64,000 bases of DNA, taken from contig CALCEC010000081.1 in the NCBI GenBank assembly GCA_937900095.1, positions 6,706 through 70,705 on the forward strand, read 5' to 3'. A program made the position numbers and the translations under genes. Positions 10,185 to 21,178 of this stretch are shown piece by piece. Origin of the DNA: an uncultured Bacteroidales bacterium. Its GTDB lineage: Bacteria > Bacteroidota > Bacteroidia > Bacteroidales > Bacteroidaceae. How positions within the stretch are numbered: the first letter of the stretch is position 1; each line of letters starts with the position of its first letter. The notes beneath the pieces were generated by a model. That model was not told the DNA's origin. It ran no database searches and saw nothing but the letters and a program-made list of their open reading frames with translations.

Positions 10185-12575
10185 ATGCTGAAAAAAATCT
10201 TGATAGGACTCTGGGTCGCTTTCTTTGTAGGACTGCTGTCGATATTTCTGTTCTTCTTTTCTGTGACGAAAGGATGGATAGGTTATGTTCCCGATATGAC
10301 AGAACTTGCCGACCCGGAATACAAGTTCGCATCACAGGTGCTTTCTGCTGATGGCGTTGAACTGGGAACATGGTCCATAAGCAGGGAAAACAGAGTGTAT
10401 GTGGAGTATGACTCTATCTCGGCAAACCTTATCCGCGCACTCATTGCAACCGAGGACGTACGTTTCGCGCAACATTCAGGAATCGATGCAAGGTCTCTGT
10501 TGCGTGCAGTTGTAAAGACCGTACTGATGGGACAGGAGAATTCCGGTGGTGGCAGTACCATTACCCAGCAGCTGGCAAAGTTGCTTTATACAGAAGTCTC
10601 CGGCAATAAACTGGGACGTGTTACGCAGAAACCTATCGAGTGGGTTATTGCCGTGCAACTTGAGCGCCAGTATACAAAAGAGGAAATCATCAGCCTTTAC
10701 CTTAACAAGTATGACTTCGGCAACAATGCTGTCGGAATAAAGAGTGCGGCGAACGTATACTTCGGAAAACTGCCCAGCCAGCTCAAGACAGAGGAGGCTG
10801 CAATGCTGGTAGGTATGTGTAAGAACTCGTCATTATATAATCCTCGCCGTCGTCCCGAAAAGACAAGAGACCGCCGCAACGTGGTGCTCATGCAAATGGA
10901 GAAGGCCGGTTATATAACTGCCGAGGAGAAAGACTCATTGTCGGCCTTGCCGCTTGTAATCGACTATCATCCAGCTGACCACAAGTCGGGCCTTGCTACA
11001 TATTTCCGTGAATACCTGCGTCTTTATCTCACAGCCAAAAAACCTGATAAATCCCAATACCGTGGTTGGCAGATGCAGAAGTATTATGAGGACTCGCTTA
11101 ATTGGGAGCAAGACCCTCTCTTCGGCTGGTGCAACAAGAACAAGAAGCCTAACGGCGAATTTTATAACCTGTACACCGATGGTCTGAAAATATATACAAC
11201 CATCGACTCAAGGATGCAGAGGTATCTTGAAGAGGCTGTTGAAGAACAGATGGTGGGTGACCTGCAACCTAAATTCTTCAAGGCGAAGAAAGGTAAAAAG
11301 ACAGCTCCTTTTACCGAGAAACTGAAAGTGTCGGAGGTGCAAGCAATCATGACACGTGCCATGAAGCAGAGTGACCGTTACCGCACAATGAAGAAAAGCG
11401 GATATACAGAGGAGGAAATCGTTGAGGTGTTCAATACTCCGATGGAGATGAGTATATTTACATACGATGGCCGAAAGGATACTGTGATGACTCCAATGGA
11501 TTCACTCAAGTATTACAAGTTCTTCTTGCGTACAGGTGTTGTCTCTATGGATCCGCTTACAGGTGAGGTGAAGGCATATGTGGGTGGAACAAACTATAAC
11601 CAGTTCAAATATGATATGGCCGGTGTAGGCCGTCGTCAGGTGGGTTCAACCATTAAGCCATTCCTTTATTCTTTGGCAATGGAGCATGGTTTCTCGCCTT
11701 GCGACGAGACGCAGAATGTCAAGCAGACAATAGTTACCGAGACCGGTCAGTTGTGGAGCCCCAGAAATTCATCCAAACAAAGAATAGGTGAGACCGTGAC
11801 ACTCCGTTGGGGATTGCAGACATCGAACAACTGGATATCGGCTTACCTTATGAGTAAGCTCAGTCCGTATTCTTTGAAGAAACTCATCCATCAGTTCGGC
11901 CTCCTTAACAAGGATATCCAGCCGGTACCTTCGCTCTGTCTCGGTCCTTGCGAGGCGTCAGTGATGGAGATGGTGAGCGCATATACGGCATTTGTGGGAA
12001 AGGGTATACGCACTTCGCCTCTTATGGTAACAAGAATAGAAGATAGCGCGGGTAATGTCCTGGCTACATTCACAGCCCGCAAGAATGAGGTTATCAGTGA
12101 AGAGAGCTCCTACAAGATGATCGAGATGTTGCGTGCTGTCATTAATGAGGGTACCGGTACCCGTATCAGGAAAAACCATAAGATTTACGCTGATATGGGC
12201 GGTAAGACCGGAACCACAAACGATAATGCGGACGGTTGGTTCATGGGCTTCACTCCTTCTCTTGTTACAGGATGTTGGGTTGGCGGTGAGGAACGTGACA
12301 TCCATTTCGACCGCATGGCTGACGGACAGGGTGCGTCAATGGCATTGCCTATTTGGGGATTTTATATGAATAAGGTTTATGCCGACAAGACTCTTCCTTA
12401 TTCCCAGGAAGAGACATTCGATATTCCCGAAGACTTTGACCCTTGCAAGAGCCTGCTTCTGCAGAAAGAGGAAGAGGCTGCCACTCCGCTTGTGCAGACA
12501 CGCGGAGAGGATTCCGTAGAGCCTGTGGAGAAAGAAGAGGCGGATGAGGATGGCTTTGCCGATTTCTTCAATTGA
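10185..12575 (+). CDS. mrcA: class A penicillin-binding protein (PBP1A-type transglycosylase/transpeptidase)
   Basis: GT51 motifs EDVRFAQHSG and GGSTITQQ. Transpeptidase motifs STIKP (SxxK) and GKTGTT (KTG). Start set at ATG 10185, ahead of the TM anchor. Confidence 0.9.
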   Translation: MLKKILIGLWVAFFVGLLSIFLFFFSVTKGWIGYVPDMTELADPEYKFASQVLSADGVELGTWSISRENRVYVEYDSISANLIRALIATEDVRFAQHSGIDARSLLRAVVKTVLMGQENSGGGSTITQQLAKLLYTEVSGNKLGRVTQKPIEWVIAVQLERQYTKEEIISLYLNKYDFGNNAVGIKSAANVYFGKLPSQLKTEEAAMLVGMCKNSSLYNPRRRPEKTRDRRNVVLMQMEKAGYITAEEKDSLSALPLVIDYHPADHKSGLATYFREYLRLYLTAKKPDKSQYRGWQMQKYYEDSLNWEQDPLFGWCNKNKKPNGEFYNLYTDGLKIYTTIDSRMQRYLEEAVEEQMVGDLQPKFFKAKKGKKTAPFTEKLKVSEVQAIMTRAMKQSDRYRTMKKSGYTEEEIVEVFNTPMEMSIFTYDGRKDTVMTPMDSLKYYKFFLRTGVVSMDPLTGEVKAYVGGTNYNQFKYDMAGVGRRQVGSTIKPFLYSLAMEHGFSPCDETQNVKQTIVTETGQLWSPRNSSKQRIGETVTLRWGLQTSNNWISAYLMSKLSPYSLKKLIHQFGLLNKDIQPVPSLCLGPCEASVMEMVSAYTAFVGKGIRTSPLMVTRIEDSAGNVLATFTARKNEVISEESSYKMIEMLRAVINEGTGTRIRKNHKIYADMGGKTGTTNDNADGWFMGFTPSLVTGCWVGGEERDIHFDRMADGQGASMALPIWGFYMNKVYADKTLPYSQEETFDIPEDFDPCKSLLLQKEEEAATPLVQTRGEDSVEPVEKEEADEDGFADFFN

Positions 12576-12600
12576 TAGAGATAATATAATAAGATATAAT

Positions 12601-13368
12601 ATGAAATTTGTAGGGATTATTCCTGCACGTTACGCTTCGACGCGTTTTCCCGGCAAGCCTCTTGCCATGCTTGGCGGGAAACCAGTGATACAGCGTGTGT
12701 ATGAGCAGGTAAAGGATTGCTTTGATGATTTGTATGTTGCCACTGATGATGAGCGCATCTTTGATGCAGTGAGCTCTTTCGGCGGTAACGTTGTCATGAC
12801 TTCCGAGGATTGCAAGAACGGTACGGAACGTTGTCTTGATGCATACAAGCGTCTTGGCTTGGATTGTGACGTCATTGTGAATATCCAGGGCGATGAGCCT
12901 TTTATTCAGCCAAAGCAGGTGAATGCACTTATTGGCTGTTTTGATGCAGAGGGCGTTGACGTGGCAACCCTGGTGAAACCTTTCGAGGTTTCCGACGGCA
13001 TTGAGCGCCTCGAGTGTCCTAACTCACCGAAGGTCGTTATTGATGAAAAGGGCTTTGCACTTTATTTCAGCCGTTCGGTAGTGCCATATCTGCGTGGTGT
13101 GGAGCGCGGGAAGTGGCTCGAGAACCATACATTCTACAAGCATCTCGGGATATATGCCTACCGTGCAGATATTCTTGAGGAACTGACAGCGCTCCCGCAG
13201 TCTCCAATGGAGAAGGCTGAATCGCTTGAGCAGTTGAGGTGGCTTGAGAACGGTTATAGAATAAAGGTGGGTGTTACCGATATCGAGACAATAGGTATCG
13301 ATACCCCCGAGGACCTTGAGCGTGCGAAAGAGTTCGCATCTTCTATAGGCTTTTCCTGGAACGATTAA
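12601..13368 (+). CDS. kdsB: 3-deoxy-manno-octulosonate cytidylyltransferase
   Basis: GIIPARYASTRFPGKPL and NIQGDEP motifs. Start set at ATG 12601. Confidence 0.9.
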   Translation: MKFVGIIPARYASTRFPGKPLAMLGGKPVIQRVYEQVKDCFDDLYVATDDERIFDAVSSFGGNVVMTSEDCKNGTERCLDAYKRLGLDCDVIVNIQGDEPFIQPKQVNALIGCFDAEGVDVATLVKPFEVSDGIERLECPNSPKVVIDEKGFALYFSRSVVPYLRGVERGKWLENHTFYKHLGIYAYRADILEELTALPQSPMEKAESLEQLRWLENGYRIKVGVTDIETIGIDTPEDLERAKEFASSIGFSWND

Positions 13369-13378
13369 GAGACTTCCT

Positions 13379-14650
13379 GTGAACACCGCTGCTCCCGACA
13401 TTAAACCGGTAAGTGTTCCCGATTTGACATTGCCCTGCAAGAGGGTGATGCCCAACGGTGTGCCCTTGTACGAACTTGCAGGTATACGCAAGGGGGTTGT
13501 ACGTTTGGATATCCTGTTCAAGGGTGGTTATGGCGTACAGGACAAGCCTCTGCAGGCCATGTTCGTGAACCGCATGCTCCGTGAGGGGGCAGGCGGTCTT
13601 TCGGCCGATGATATATCAAGGAAACTCGATTACTATGGGGCGTGGGTGGATATGTACTCTTCGCAAGGGTGCAACCACTTGACCCTGTATACAATGTCGA
13701 AGCATTTCCTGCCGCTCGTAGAGCTACTTGAGACATTGATAAAAAAGCCCGATTTCCCCATTGATAATCTTGAGACGGTAAAAAGGACGAACAAATCCTA
13801 TTTTATGGTCAACAGCCATAAGGTGGATGTGGTGTCGCAGCGCTATTTCGAGAATTCGCTTTGGGGTGAGGACCATCCTCTGGCCCATATAGTGTGCCCC
13901 GAGGATTATGATGCAATCACACGTGAAGACCTGCTTGACTACTATGCCAAGGTGTACAGCAGTCATAATTGCTCTATTTTTGTGGCAGGGGAGTTCAATG
14001 ATGCTATGCATGCAGCTTTGCTGGATAAGTTCGGTAAAGAGGAGTGGGGTGCCGGTCCTTCGTTGCCTGATGTGGTTGTGGCTCCGCCCTGTTCGCTTTA
14101 TGGCAGACGTAAGGTGACTGTCGAGGGGGCGATGCAGAGTTGTGTGAAGATCGGTTTTATGTCAATGGATTCGTCGCATCCCGATTATCATATATTCCGT
14201 TTTCTTACCGTGCTTTTGGGCGGTTACTTTGGCAGCCGTCTGATGAGTAACGTGCGCGAAGAGAACGGGTATACCTATCACATTGAGGCAGAGCTGGATG
14301 CCTACGGACGCCGTAACGCTTTCATGATAACCTCGGATACCGACAATGCCAATGTGGAGCCTCTTGTCAAAGAGGTTTACAAAGAGCTCCGCAGGCTTGT
14401 CGATGAGTCGATCCCGGAGGCTGAAGTGGAACTTGTGCGCAGTTATATCCTTGGCGAGCTGTGCCGTGAGTATGAGGAGCGGTTCGCAAAATCAGAGGTG
14501 TTTATAAACGCATGCCTGTCAGGCGAATCATTCGAATCGGTTAACAAATATCTTGAAACGGTGAGAACCGTGACTGCGGCCGACCTGCAGCGTGTCGCCA
14601 AGGATATATTTGACCGCGAAGACATGATTGAGATAGTCGTCGGAGAATAA
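13379..14650 (+). CDS. M16 (insulinase) family protein, probably non-catalytic
   Basis: Overall M16 two-domain pattern, but I can find no HxxEH zinc motif. GTG start 10 nt after kdsB. Confidence 0.7.
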   Translation: MNTAAPDIKPVSVPDLTLPCKRVMPNGVPLYELAGIRKGVVRLDILFKGGYGVQDKPLQAMFVNRMLREGAGGLSADDISRKLDYYGAWVDMYSSQGCNHLTLYTMSKHFLPLVELLETLIKKPDFPIDNLETVKRTNKSYFMVNSHKVDVVSQRYFENSLWGEDHPLAHIVCPEDYDAITREDLLDYYAKVYSSHNCSIFVAGEFNDAMHAALLDKFGKEEWGAGPSLPDVVVAPPCSLYGRRKVTVEGAMQSCVKIGFMSMDSSHPDYHIFRFLTVLLGGYFGSRLMSNVREENGYTYHIEAELDAYGRRNAFMITSDTDNANVEPLVKEVYKELRRLVDESIPEAEVELVRSYILGELCREYEERFAKSEVFINACLSGESFESVNKYLETVRTVTAADLQRVAKDIFDREDMIEIVVGE

Positions 14651-14833
14651 GGAATCGTATACATCCTTCAATCCGCACTATAAGGAGCTGTCAATTCATA
14701 TCACCGATTTGTTGAAAACGGTGAAACAATACTGTCTCATGTGATCTTGATAATATTATCATGGAATTTTAAACAACTTCCAAATATTTTTTAAAATAAG
14801 TACAACATAATTGTAGTTTCTCAACTTTGTTAT

Positions 14834-14841
14834 TATCTTTG
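14834..14841 (+). promoter_or_regulatory. -7 box (TAtcTTTG) upstream of the MORN gene
   Basis: tatctttg lies 70 nt upstream of ATG 14911. Confidence 0.3.
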
Positions 14842-14910
14842 TATTTGATGCGGAAGGTACGCGTGGGGTCTTTTTGCTTGCCGATGATGCTTTTTCCGCA
14901 GTATTTTGAT

Positions 14911-16131
14911 ATGACAAAGAAGGCAATTCCTGTTTTTTTGATTTTTTTTGTGCTTGGGACATCACTCCGGGCACAATCCCTTACAGATGCCATTAAAGAT
15001 GGCCTTTCTCCTCTTACTGATCTTGTCAACGGGGATATTTCAACAGACTCTGTACGTCCTTTAGACAAGAAGGATGCTGAAAAAAAGAATGTCAAGGCTA
15101 TGACACTCAAGGACGGTACCGTATATGTAGGCGAGATGAAAGGCAAGCGTCCTCATGGTCATGGCAAGGCTATATATACGAACGGAGATATATACGAGGG
15201 CGGTTTTGTGAAAGGCCGGCGCAACGGATATGGTGAATACCGTTTCAAGGACGGTGAGTGCTATGTAGGTGAGTTCAAGGAGGGACATCATCACGGAGAA
15301 GGCGTATATACATTCTCCGATGGCCGTAAGTATACCGGAAAATGGGAAAAGGATTTCCAGCATGGGTACGGACGGATGGATTATCCCAACGGTGATTTTT
15401 ATGTAGGCTTCTGGGTAGAGGACGAACGGTCGGGTTCGGGTAGTTACTTCTTTGCAGGAGGGGCATCGTATGTCGGTGAGTGGAAGAATGACAAACGCAA
15501 TGGCATGGGTACATTCGTCTGGCCCGACAATAGCAGATATATAGGATCCTGGGTCGACGGCAAACGTTCGGGCCATGGAGTATACACCGCGGCCGACAGT
15601 ACAGAATATGACGGTACATGGCTGAACAACCTTTACGACGGCAACGGAACATTGAGCTATGCCAACGGTGATAAATACATGGGTATGTTCAAGGCCGGTG
15701 AATTCAACGGACACGGAAAATATACATATGCCGACGGTTCCTCCTATGCTGGCGATTTCAGGAACGGTGCCCGCGACGGATACGGCAAGATGCTCTTTCC
15801 TGGCGGTGCTGTATACGAAGGCGGCTGGAAAGATGACCTGCGTTGCGGTAAGGGAAAATATACCTGGGGCAACGGCGATGTGTATGAAGGCGACTGGAAG
15901 GATGACACCATGAACGGTACCGGAATAATGCGCAAGAGCAATGGCGTCAAGTACAAAGGCGGTTTCATTGACGGTCTTGAGCATGGTGCCGGTGTTGCAG
16001 AGGACAAGAGCGGTACACGCTATGAGGGAACATTCGAGAACGGAATGAGGCACGGCAAGTTCATTGTCAAAGACAAGGACGGAAATGTTGTCCGCGAGTG
16101 TGTCTACAATTCAGGAAATGCAGAACAATAA
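14911..16131 (+). CDS. secreted MORN-repeat protein
   Basis: Signal peptide (IPVFLIFFVLGTSLRAQS) followed by roughly 17 tandem YxGxWxxGxxxGxG-type MORN units. Start set at ATG 14911. Confidence 0.8.
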   Translation: MTKKAIPVFLIFFVLGTSLRAQSLTDAIKDGLSPLTDLVNGDISTDSVRPLDKKDAEKKNVKAMTLKDGTVYVGEMKGKRPHGHGKAIYTNGDIYEGGFVKGRRNGYGEYRFKDGECYVGEFKEGHHHGEGVYTFSDGRKYTGKWEKDFQHGYGRMDYPNGDFYVGFWVEDERSGSGSYFFAGGASYVGEWKNDKRNGMGTFVWPDNSRYIGSWVDGKRSGHGVYTAADSTEYDGTWLNNLYDGNGTLSYANGDKYMGMFKAGEFNGHGKYTYADGSSYAGDFRNGARDGYGKMLFPGGAVYEGGWKDDLRCGKGKYTWGNGDVYEGDWKDDTMNGTGIMRKSNGVKYKGGFIDGLEHGAGVAEDKSGTRYEGTFENGMRHGKFIVKDKDGNVVRECVYNSGNAEQ

Positions 16132-16150
16132 CAAATAAAACAATACGGCT

Positions 16151-16597
16151 ATGATTTTGGATTCATTGAAGAATTTGGATTGCTACAAAGAACTAAATCC
16201 TAATTTCGCAAAGGCGATTGAGTTTTTGAAGAACAGTGACCTTGCCAATCTGCCATTGGGTCGCAACGAGATATGCGGCGACCTGGTGTATGCAAACGTG
16301 ATGGAGGTAAAGCCCAAGGCCAGGGAAGAGGCGTGTATTGAGATACACCGTCGCTATATCGATATCCAGGTGCCTATCTCCGGTAACGAGGTTATGGGTT
16401 ATACTCCTCTTTGCGAGCTTCCCGAGCCGGATTATGTCGAGAGCGACGACTATGCCCTTTATCCTGCGACTATTGCGGCAAGGGACTATTTCAATGTGAA
16501 GAACGACCAGTTTGTTGTTTTCTTCCCACAGGACGGCCACGCACCGGCAATAACTCCTGTAGCCGTGAAGAAAGTGGTTGTGAAGGTCGCAATCTGA
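16151..16597 (+). CDS. YhcH/YjgK/YiaL family protein
   Basis: 148 aa. N-terminal ILDSLKNLDCYKELNPNFAKAIEFL is typical of this family. Confidence 0.7.
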   Translation: MILDSLKNLDCYKELNPNFAKAIEFLKNSDLANLPLGRNEICGDLVYANVMEVKPKAREEACIEIHRRYIDIQVPISGNEVMGYTPLCELPEPDYVESDDYALYPATIAARDYFNVKNDQFVVFFPQDGHAPAITPVAVKKVVVKVAI

Positions 16598-16654
16598 CTT
16601 ACCGAACAAATGAAAAGTATATAATTAACTATAACGCTTCAAAATTTTACAATT

Positions 16655-18661
16655 ATGCTGAAACTTGTAGAACGCGATGCTTATCTGGCTCCCTACAACC
16701 TCAGTATTGAGGGACGCCACCGCTATTTTCTCCAGAGGGAGAAAGAGTTTACAAAGAATGGCCGACAGACCCTGTCGAGCTTCGCTTCGGGTTATCTTTA
16801 TTTCGGTCTGCACAGGACATCTACCGGTTGGGTCTTCCGTGAGTGGGCTCCCAATGCAACAAAGATAGTCCTCATAGGTGACTTCTCAAACTGGGAAGAG
16901 CGCCCCGAGTATGAACTGAAGCAGCTCGCAGGTGGCGTATGGGAGCGTAGATTGCCCAAGAAGGCACTTGCCCACGGCCAGCACTACAAGATGAAAGTCT
17001 ACTGGAAGGGCGGTTGCGGCGAGCGTATCCCTGCATGGGTGCGCAGAGTTGTGCAGGACGAGGCTACAAAGATATTCAGTGCCCAGGTATGGGCTCCCGA
17101 GGAGGAGTACCGGTTCAAGCACAAGAAGTTCACTCCAAAGCGTACTCCGTTGCTCATCTATGAGTGCCACATAGGTATGGCCCAGGAAGAGGAGAAGGTG
17201 GGTACATACCGCGAGTTCCGCGAGAAGGTACTTCCACGTATCGCTGCCGACGGTTACAACTGCATACAGATTATGGCTATCCAGGAGCACCCGTACTACG
17301 GCAGCTTCGGTTACCATGTGTCGAGTTTCTTCGCTGCGTCTTCACGTTTCGGTACTCCCGAGGAGTTGAAGGAACTCATTGATGCGGCTCACGGAATGGG
17401 TATAGCTGTGATTATGGACCTTGTACACTCTCACGCTGTAAAGAACGAGAACGAAGGCCTTGGCTTGCTCGACGGTGACCCTGCACAGTATTTCTATGGT
17501 GACGACAAGCGCATACACAGCGCATGGGACTCACTCTGCTTCGACTACGGCAAGAACGAGGTTGTACACTTCCTGCTTTCCAACTGCAAATATTGGCTCG
17601 AGGAGTTCAAGTTCGACGGTTTCCGTTTCGACGGTGTTACTTCAATGATATACTATAGCCACGGCCTGGGTGAGGCTTTCTGCGGTTACGGCGACTATTA
17701 CAATTTAGGTCAGAACGGCGATGCTATCTGTTATCTCACACTTGCCAACCGTCTTATCCACGAGGTTAACCCAAAGGCAATTACAATTGCCGAAGAGGTG
17801 TCGGGTATGCCGGGTCTTGCTGCCCCCATCGAGGACGGCGGTTACGGCTTCGACTACCGTATGGCGATGAATATCCCTGATTTCTGGATCAAGATCATCA
17901 AGGAACGCAAGGATGAGGACTGGAAACCATCGGAGATTTTCTGGGAGCTCACCAACCGTCGCAAGGACGAGAAGACAATCTCATACGCCGAGAGTCATGA
18001 TCAGGCACTTGTGGGCGACAAGACAATCATCTTCCGTCTTATCGACTCCGATATGTACTGGCACTTCAACCGCGGTGACGAGACATATATGGTATCACGC
18101 GGTATCGCATTGCACAAGATGATCCGTCTGATGACACTCTCTACCATCAATGGCGGTTACCTCAACTTCATGGGTAACGAGTTCGGTCATCCCGAGTGGA
18201 TTGACTTCCCGCGCGAGGGTAACGGCTGGAGCCACAAGTATGCACGTCGCCAGTGGAGTCTGGTAGATAATCCAAACTACAACTACACTCTCTTGGGTGA
18301 GTTCGACAAGGCGATGATCGAGCTTATAGGTGATGTGCGCAACTTCCAGAACCGTCCTGTTCAGGAGATATGGCACAACGACGGTGACCAGGTGTTGGCG
18401 TTCTCACGTAAGGATCTTATCTTCGTGTTCAACTTCAGCCACAACCGTTCGTTCACCGACTACGGCCTGCTGGTTCCCGAGGGTTCATACAATATTGTCC
18501 TCAATACCGACAATGCACGCTTCGGCGGTAATGCCCTTGTCGATGAGACACAGACCCATTTCACACAGTATGACAGGTTGCACGCACGTCGCAAGAAGGG
18601 CTGGCTCATGCTCTATCTGCCGGCCCGTACAGCTCTCGTGCTCAAGAAAAATAAGGAATAA
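16655..18661 (+). CDS. glgB: 1,4-alpha-glucan branching enzyme (GH13)
   Basis: GH13 conserved regions FRFDGVTSM, GNEFGHPEW and YAESHDQALVGD. Confidence 0.9.
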   Translation: MLKLVERDAYLAPYNLSIEGRHRYFLQREKEFTKNGRQTLSSFASGYLYFGLHRTSTGWVFREWAPNATKIVLIGDFSNWEERPEYELKQLAGGVWERRLPKKALAHGQHYKMKVYWKGGCGERIPAWVRRVVQDEATKIFSAQVWAPEEEYRFKHKKFTPKRTPLLIYECHIGMAQEEEKVGTYREFREKVLPRIAADGYNCIQIMAIQEHPYYGSFGYHVSSFFAASSRFGTPEELKELIDAAHGMGIAVIMDLVHSHAVKNENEGLGLLDGDPAQYFYGDDKRIHSAWDSLCFDYGKNEVVHFLLSNCKYWLEEFKFDGFRFDGVTSMIYYSHGLGEAFCGYGDYYNLGQNGDAICYLTLANRLIHEVNPKAITIAEEVSGMPGLAAPIEDGGYGFDYRMAMNIPDFWIKIIKERKDEDWKPSEIFWELTNRRKDEKTISYAESHDQALVGDKTIIFRLIDSDMYWHFNRGDETYMVSRGIALHKMIRLMTLSTINGGYLNFMGNEFGHPEWIDFPREGNGWSHKYARRQWSLVDNPNYNYTLLGEFDKAMIELIGDVRNFQNRPVQEIWHNDGDQVLAFSRKDLIFVFNFSHNRSFTDYGLLVPEGSYNIVLNTDNARFGGNALVDETQTHFTQYDRLHARRKKGWLMLYLPARTALVLKKNKE

Positions 18662-19809
18662 TGAGAGGTGATGAAGAAAAACGCTTGCAAAGGGTAGTGG
18701 CATCAATCTGTGCCACTCTCTTTGCTGCGTTTGCTTTTTGCTTTGTAGCAGTATATCAGGCACCGCTCATCGAGGTGCTTTATAACCACGTAGCCACAGG
18801 CAAACTCAATTTCAACAGTTACATTGTAGGCGGAATAATATCAGCAGTGCTTACAATCCTTGCCCTGTGGCTGAACCGCTTTGCAAAGTTCCAGCGCGAG
18901 TGGACTGCAATGGCTTATCTGCCGTCGACGCTGATGTTGGCCTTCGTGACAGACATTGACCGCACACTTTACATTGGCGAGAGGTCATACACCGGGTGGA
19001 TTGTGGTTTTCATTGTCGGGCTGTTGCTTTATGCAATATTCTCGTTTGTCCTTCAACGTGTACTCTTCGAGAAAATCAAGAACATGGCAATGAGTGCCAA
19101 CAGGATAATATGGAGAAACCTTATCCTTTTCGTTATCCTGTTTTGCTTGGCAGGAACATTCTCCAATGGTGAGGAGAACCTCAAGAGAGAGGCCCTTGTG
19201 GCAGTGCGCTACAGTAAAGGCAATGTTGACGGAGCTCTTGCCGTGGGGCGCAAGTCGCTTGACGCATCGCCACAGCTCACGGCTTTACGTGCATATATCC
19301 TTGCCGCAGAAAATAAACTGGGGGAACGTATGTTCGAGTTTCCGCAGTATTATGGTTCAGAAGGTCTATTGCCGTCAACCGTACAGGATTCTCCGCTGCT
19401 GCCCGATAGCGTGTATTCTCTTATCGGTGCTGCTCCAAGTGGCGAAGAGAGTGCGATGCAGTATCTGAAGCGCGTTGCGGATATAGATTCTTTGGGCAGT
19501 GTGGCAAGGGATTACTATCTGTCTGGGCTTCTGCTCGACAGGCAGCTTGTCGAGTTCAAGGACGAGCTTGCAAGATTGTGCGGCAACTATAACCCGGACA
19601 GCCTGCCCAAACATTACCGCGAGGCCCTGTTGCTCTGCTCGGAGTTTACCGATGATTATTCCCTCGAACTCGAGAGCGATACATTGCAGCAGATGTTCGT
19701 AAGGCTCCGCGAGGTGGAACGTAAATATGACGATGCGCTGGTGCGCAACAATTATGTGCGCAAGGAGTTCGGGAAGACTTATTGGTGGTATTTCCTCTAC
19801 GGCAGATAA
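18661..19809 (+). CDS. conserved hypothetical polytopic membrane protein
   Basis: Four to five predicted TM helices followed by a soluble helical C-terminal half. Its ATG overlaps the glgB stop (TAATG). Confidence 0.5.
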   Translation: MRGDEEKRLQRVVASICATLFAAFAFCFVAVYQAPLIEVLYNHVATGKLNFNSYIVGGIISAVLTILALWLNRFAKFQREWTAMAYLPSTLMLAFVTDIDRTLYIGERSYTGWIVVFIVGLLLYAIFSFVLQRVLFEKIKNMAMSANRIIWRNLILFVILFCLAGTFSNGEENLKREALVAVRYSKGNVDGALAVGRKSLDASPQLTALRAYILAAENKLGERMFEFPQYYGSEGLLPSTVQDSPLLPDSVYSLIGAAPSGEESAMQYLKRVADIDSLGSVARDYYLSGLLLDRQLVEFKDELARLCGNYNPDSLPKHYREALLLCSEFTDDYSLELESDTLQQMFVRLREVERKYDDALVRNNYVRKEFGKTYWWYFLYGR

Positions 19810-19855
19810 TAATGAAAGCCCTAAAGGACATAAAAGGCTACAAGGTGATATACAG

Positions 19856-19884
19856 AAGGCAACATCTGCTGTTGCCTTTTTTAT
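19856..19884 (+). terminator. rho-independent terminator
   Basis: Stem aaggcaaca / tgttgcctt with a 5-nt loop, followed by ttttat. Confidence 0.65.
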
Positions 19885-19966
19885 TTGCCGTTATTCTTTT
19901 TGTGGTTTTGCTGTATATGTTTCCTGCTTTTTTTCTAATTTTGCATTGAACAAATGAATTGTCACT

Positions 19967-21178
19967 ATGGATGCGGCTGTTAAAGATAGGCTTTTTACAA
20001 GAAGCTACATATATATGTGTCTGGCGAATTTCCTTACTGCATTTTCGTTCTTCTTGCTTGTGCCTACACTTCCTTTCTATCTTGTGGACAACTTCGGTCT
20101 TGAACCCGATATAGTGGGGCTTGTGCTCTCCTGTTATGTGCTGGCAGTGCTGTGCATACGTCCGTTTGCAGGTTTTGTGGCCGATGTCTTTCCTCGTAAG
20201 AAAGTGTACCTTATTTCATACGTCCTGTTCGCGCTCTCTTTTGTGGGTTACCTGTTTGTCTATTCCGAGATATTGTTCTTTATCCTGTTGCGTGTGGTGC
20301 ACGGCTTTGCGTTCGGTGCGTTGAACACAACGGGAAATACATTGGTGATAGATATCATGCCGTCATCACGTCGTGGCGAGGGACTGGGGTATTTTGGAGT
20401 GACAAATAATCTTGCTATGGCCTTCGGTCCTATGACTGGTTTGTTCCTTATTGAGGGCGGCAGTTATAACCAACTGTTCTTTGCCGCTTTGCTCACAGCC
20501 TGTATCGGTTTGCTGTTTGCCTCAATCGTCAAAGTGAAGTGGCGTCAGCCCGTCGAGAAAATAGGTAAGGTGTTCTCTATCGACCGCTTTATTCTGCTTG
20601 AGGGCATTCCGGCATCATTGGCATTCTTTATGCTTGCAATACCGTACGGCATGACATCGAGCTACATAGCAATATATGCTGCTGAGGTTGGTATAACCGA
20701 AGGGGTAGGGATCTTCTTTACCGTTCAGGGTGCAGGACTTATCGTGTCGCGCCTCATCTCGGGCAAGAGGGTCGACAAGGGGTATATAACGCAGACAATC
20801 TCGCGTGGTATCGTCATTGCGTTTTTTGGAGTCATCGGTGAGGCTCTGTTGGCTTCTGTGTGTGGCTTTGACTTCACTGCAGGCTTTGCGTTGTATTTCC
20901 TCTCGGCGTTCCTCATCGGTTACGGCTTCGGAACAATATTCCCCGCTTTCAATACCTTGTTTATAAATATGGCGCCGCATTCACGTCGTGCCACAGCCAA
21001 TGCCACTTATCTCACCGGATGGGATGTAGGTATTGGAGCAGGAATGTTGTTGGGTGGCGCATTGTCGGTGAACGGCTATTCAGGCAGTTTTACATTCAGT
21101 GCAATATTAGTCTTTGCAGCACTGATATATTTTGTGCTATTTGTTTCTAGACACTTCATGAGACACAGACTCAGATAA
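19967..21178 (+). CDS. MFS transporter
   Basis: About 12 TM helices and the loop 2-3 motif RPFAGFVADVFPRKKV. Confidence 0.85.
   Translation: MDAAVKDRLFTRSYIYMCLANFLTAFSFFLLVPTLPFYLVDNFGLEPDIVGLVLSCYVLAVLCIRPFAGFVADVFPRKKVYLISYVLFALSFVGYLFVYSEILFFILLRVVHGFAFGALNTTGNTLVIDIMPSSRRGEGLGYFGVTNNLAMAFGPMTGLFLIEGGSYNQLFFAALLTACIGLLFASIVKVKWRQPVEKIGKVFSIDRFILLEGIPASLAFFMLAIPYGMTSSYIAIYAAEVGITEGVGIFFTVQGAGLIVSRLISGKRVDKGYITQTISRGIVIAFFGVIGEALLASVCGFDFTAGFALYFLSAFLIGYGFGTIFPAFNTLFINMAPHSRRATANATYLTGWDVGIGAGMLLGGALSVNGYSGSFTFSAILVFAALIYFVLFVSRHFMRHRLR

Noticed and set aside
15061-16053. 330-aa ORF on the - strand
   Set aside because: Antisense to the MORN-repeat gene. The repetitive Gly/Tyr codons keep the opposite frame open.
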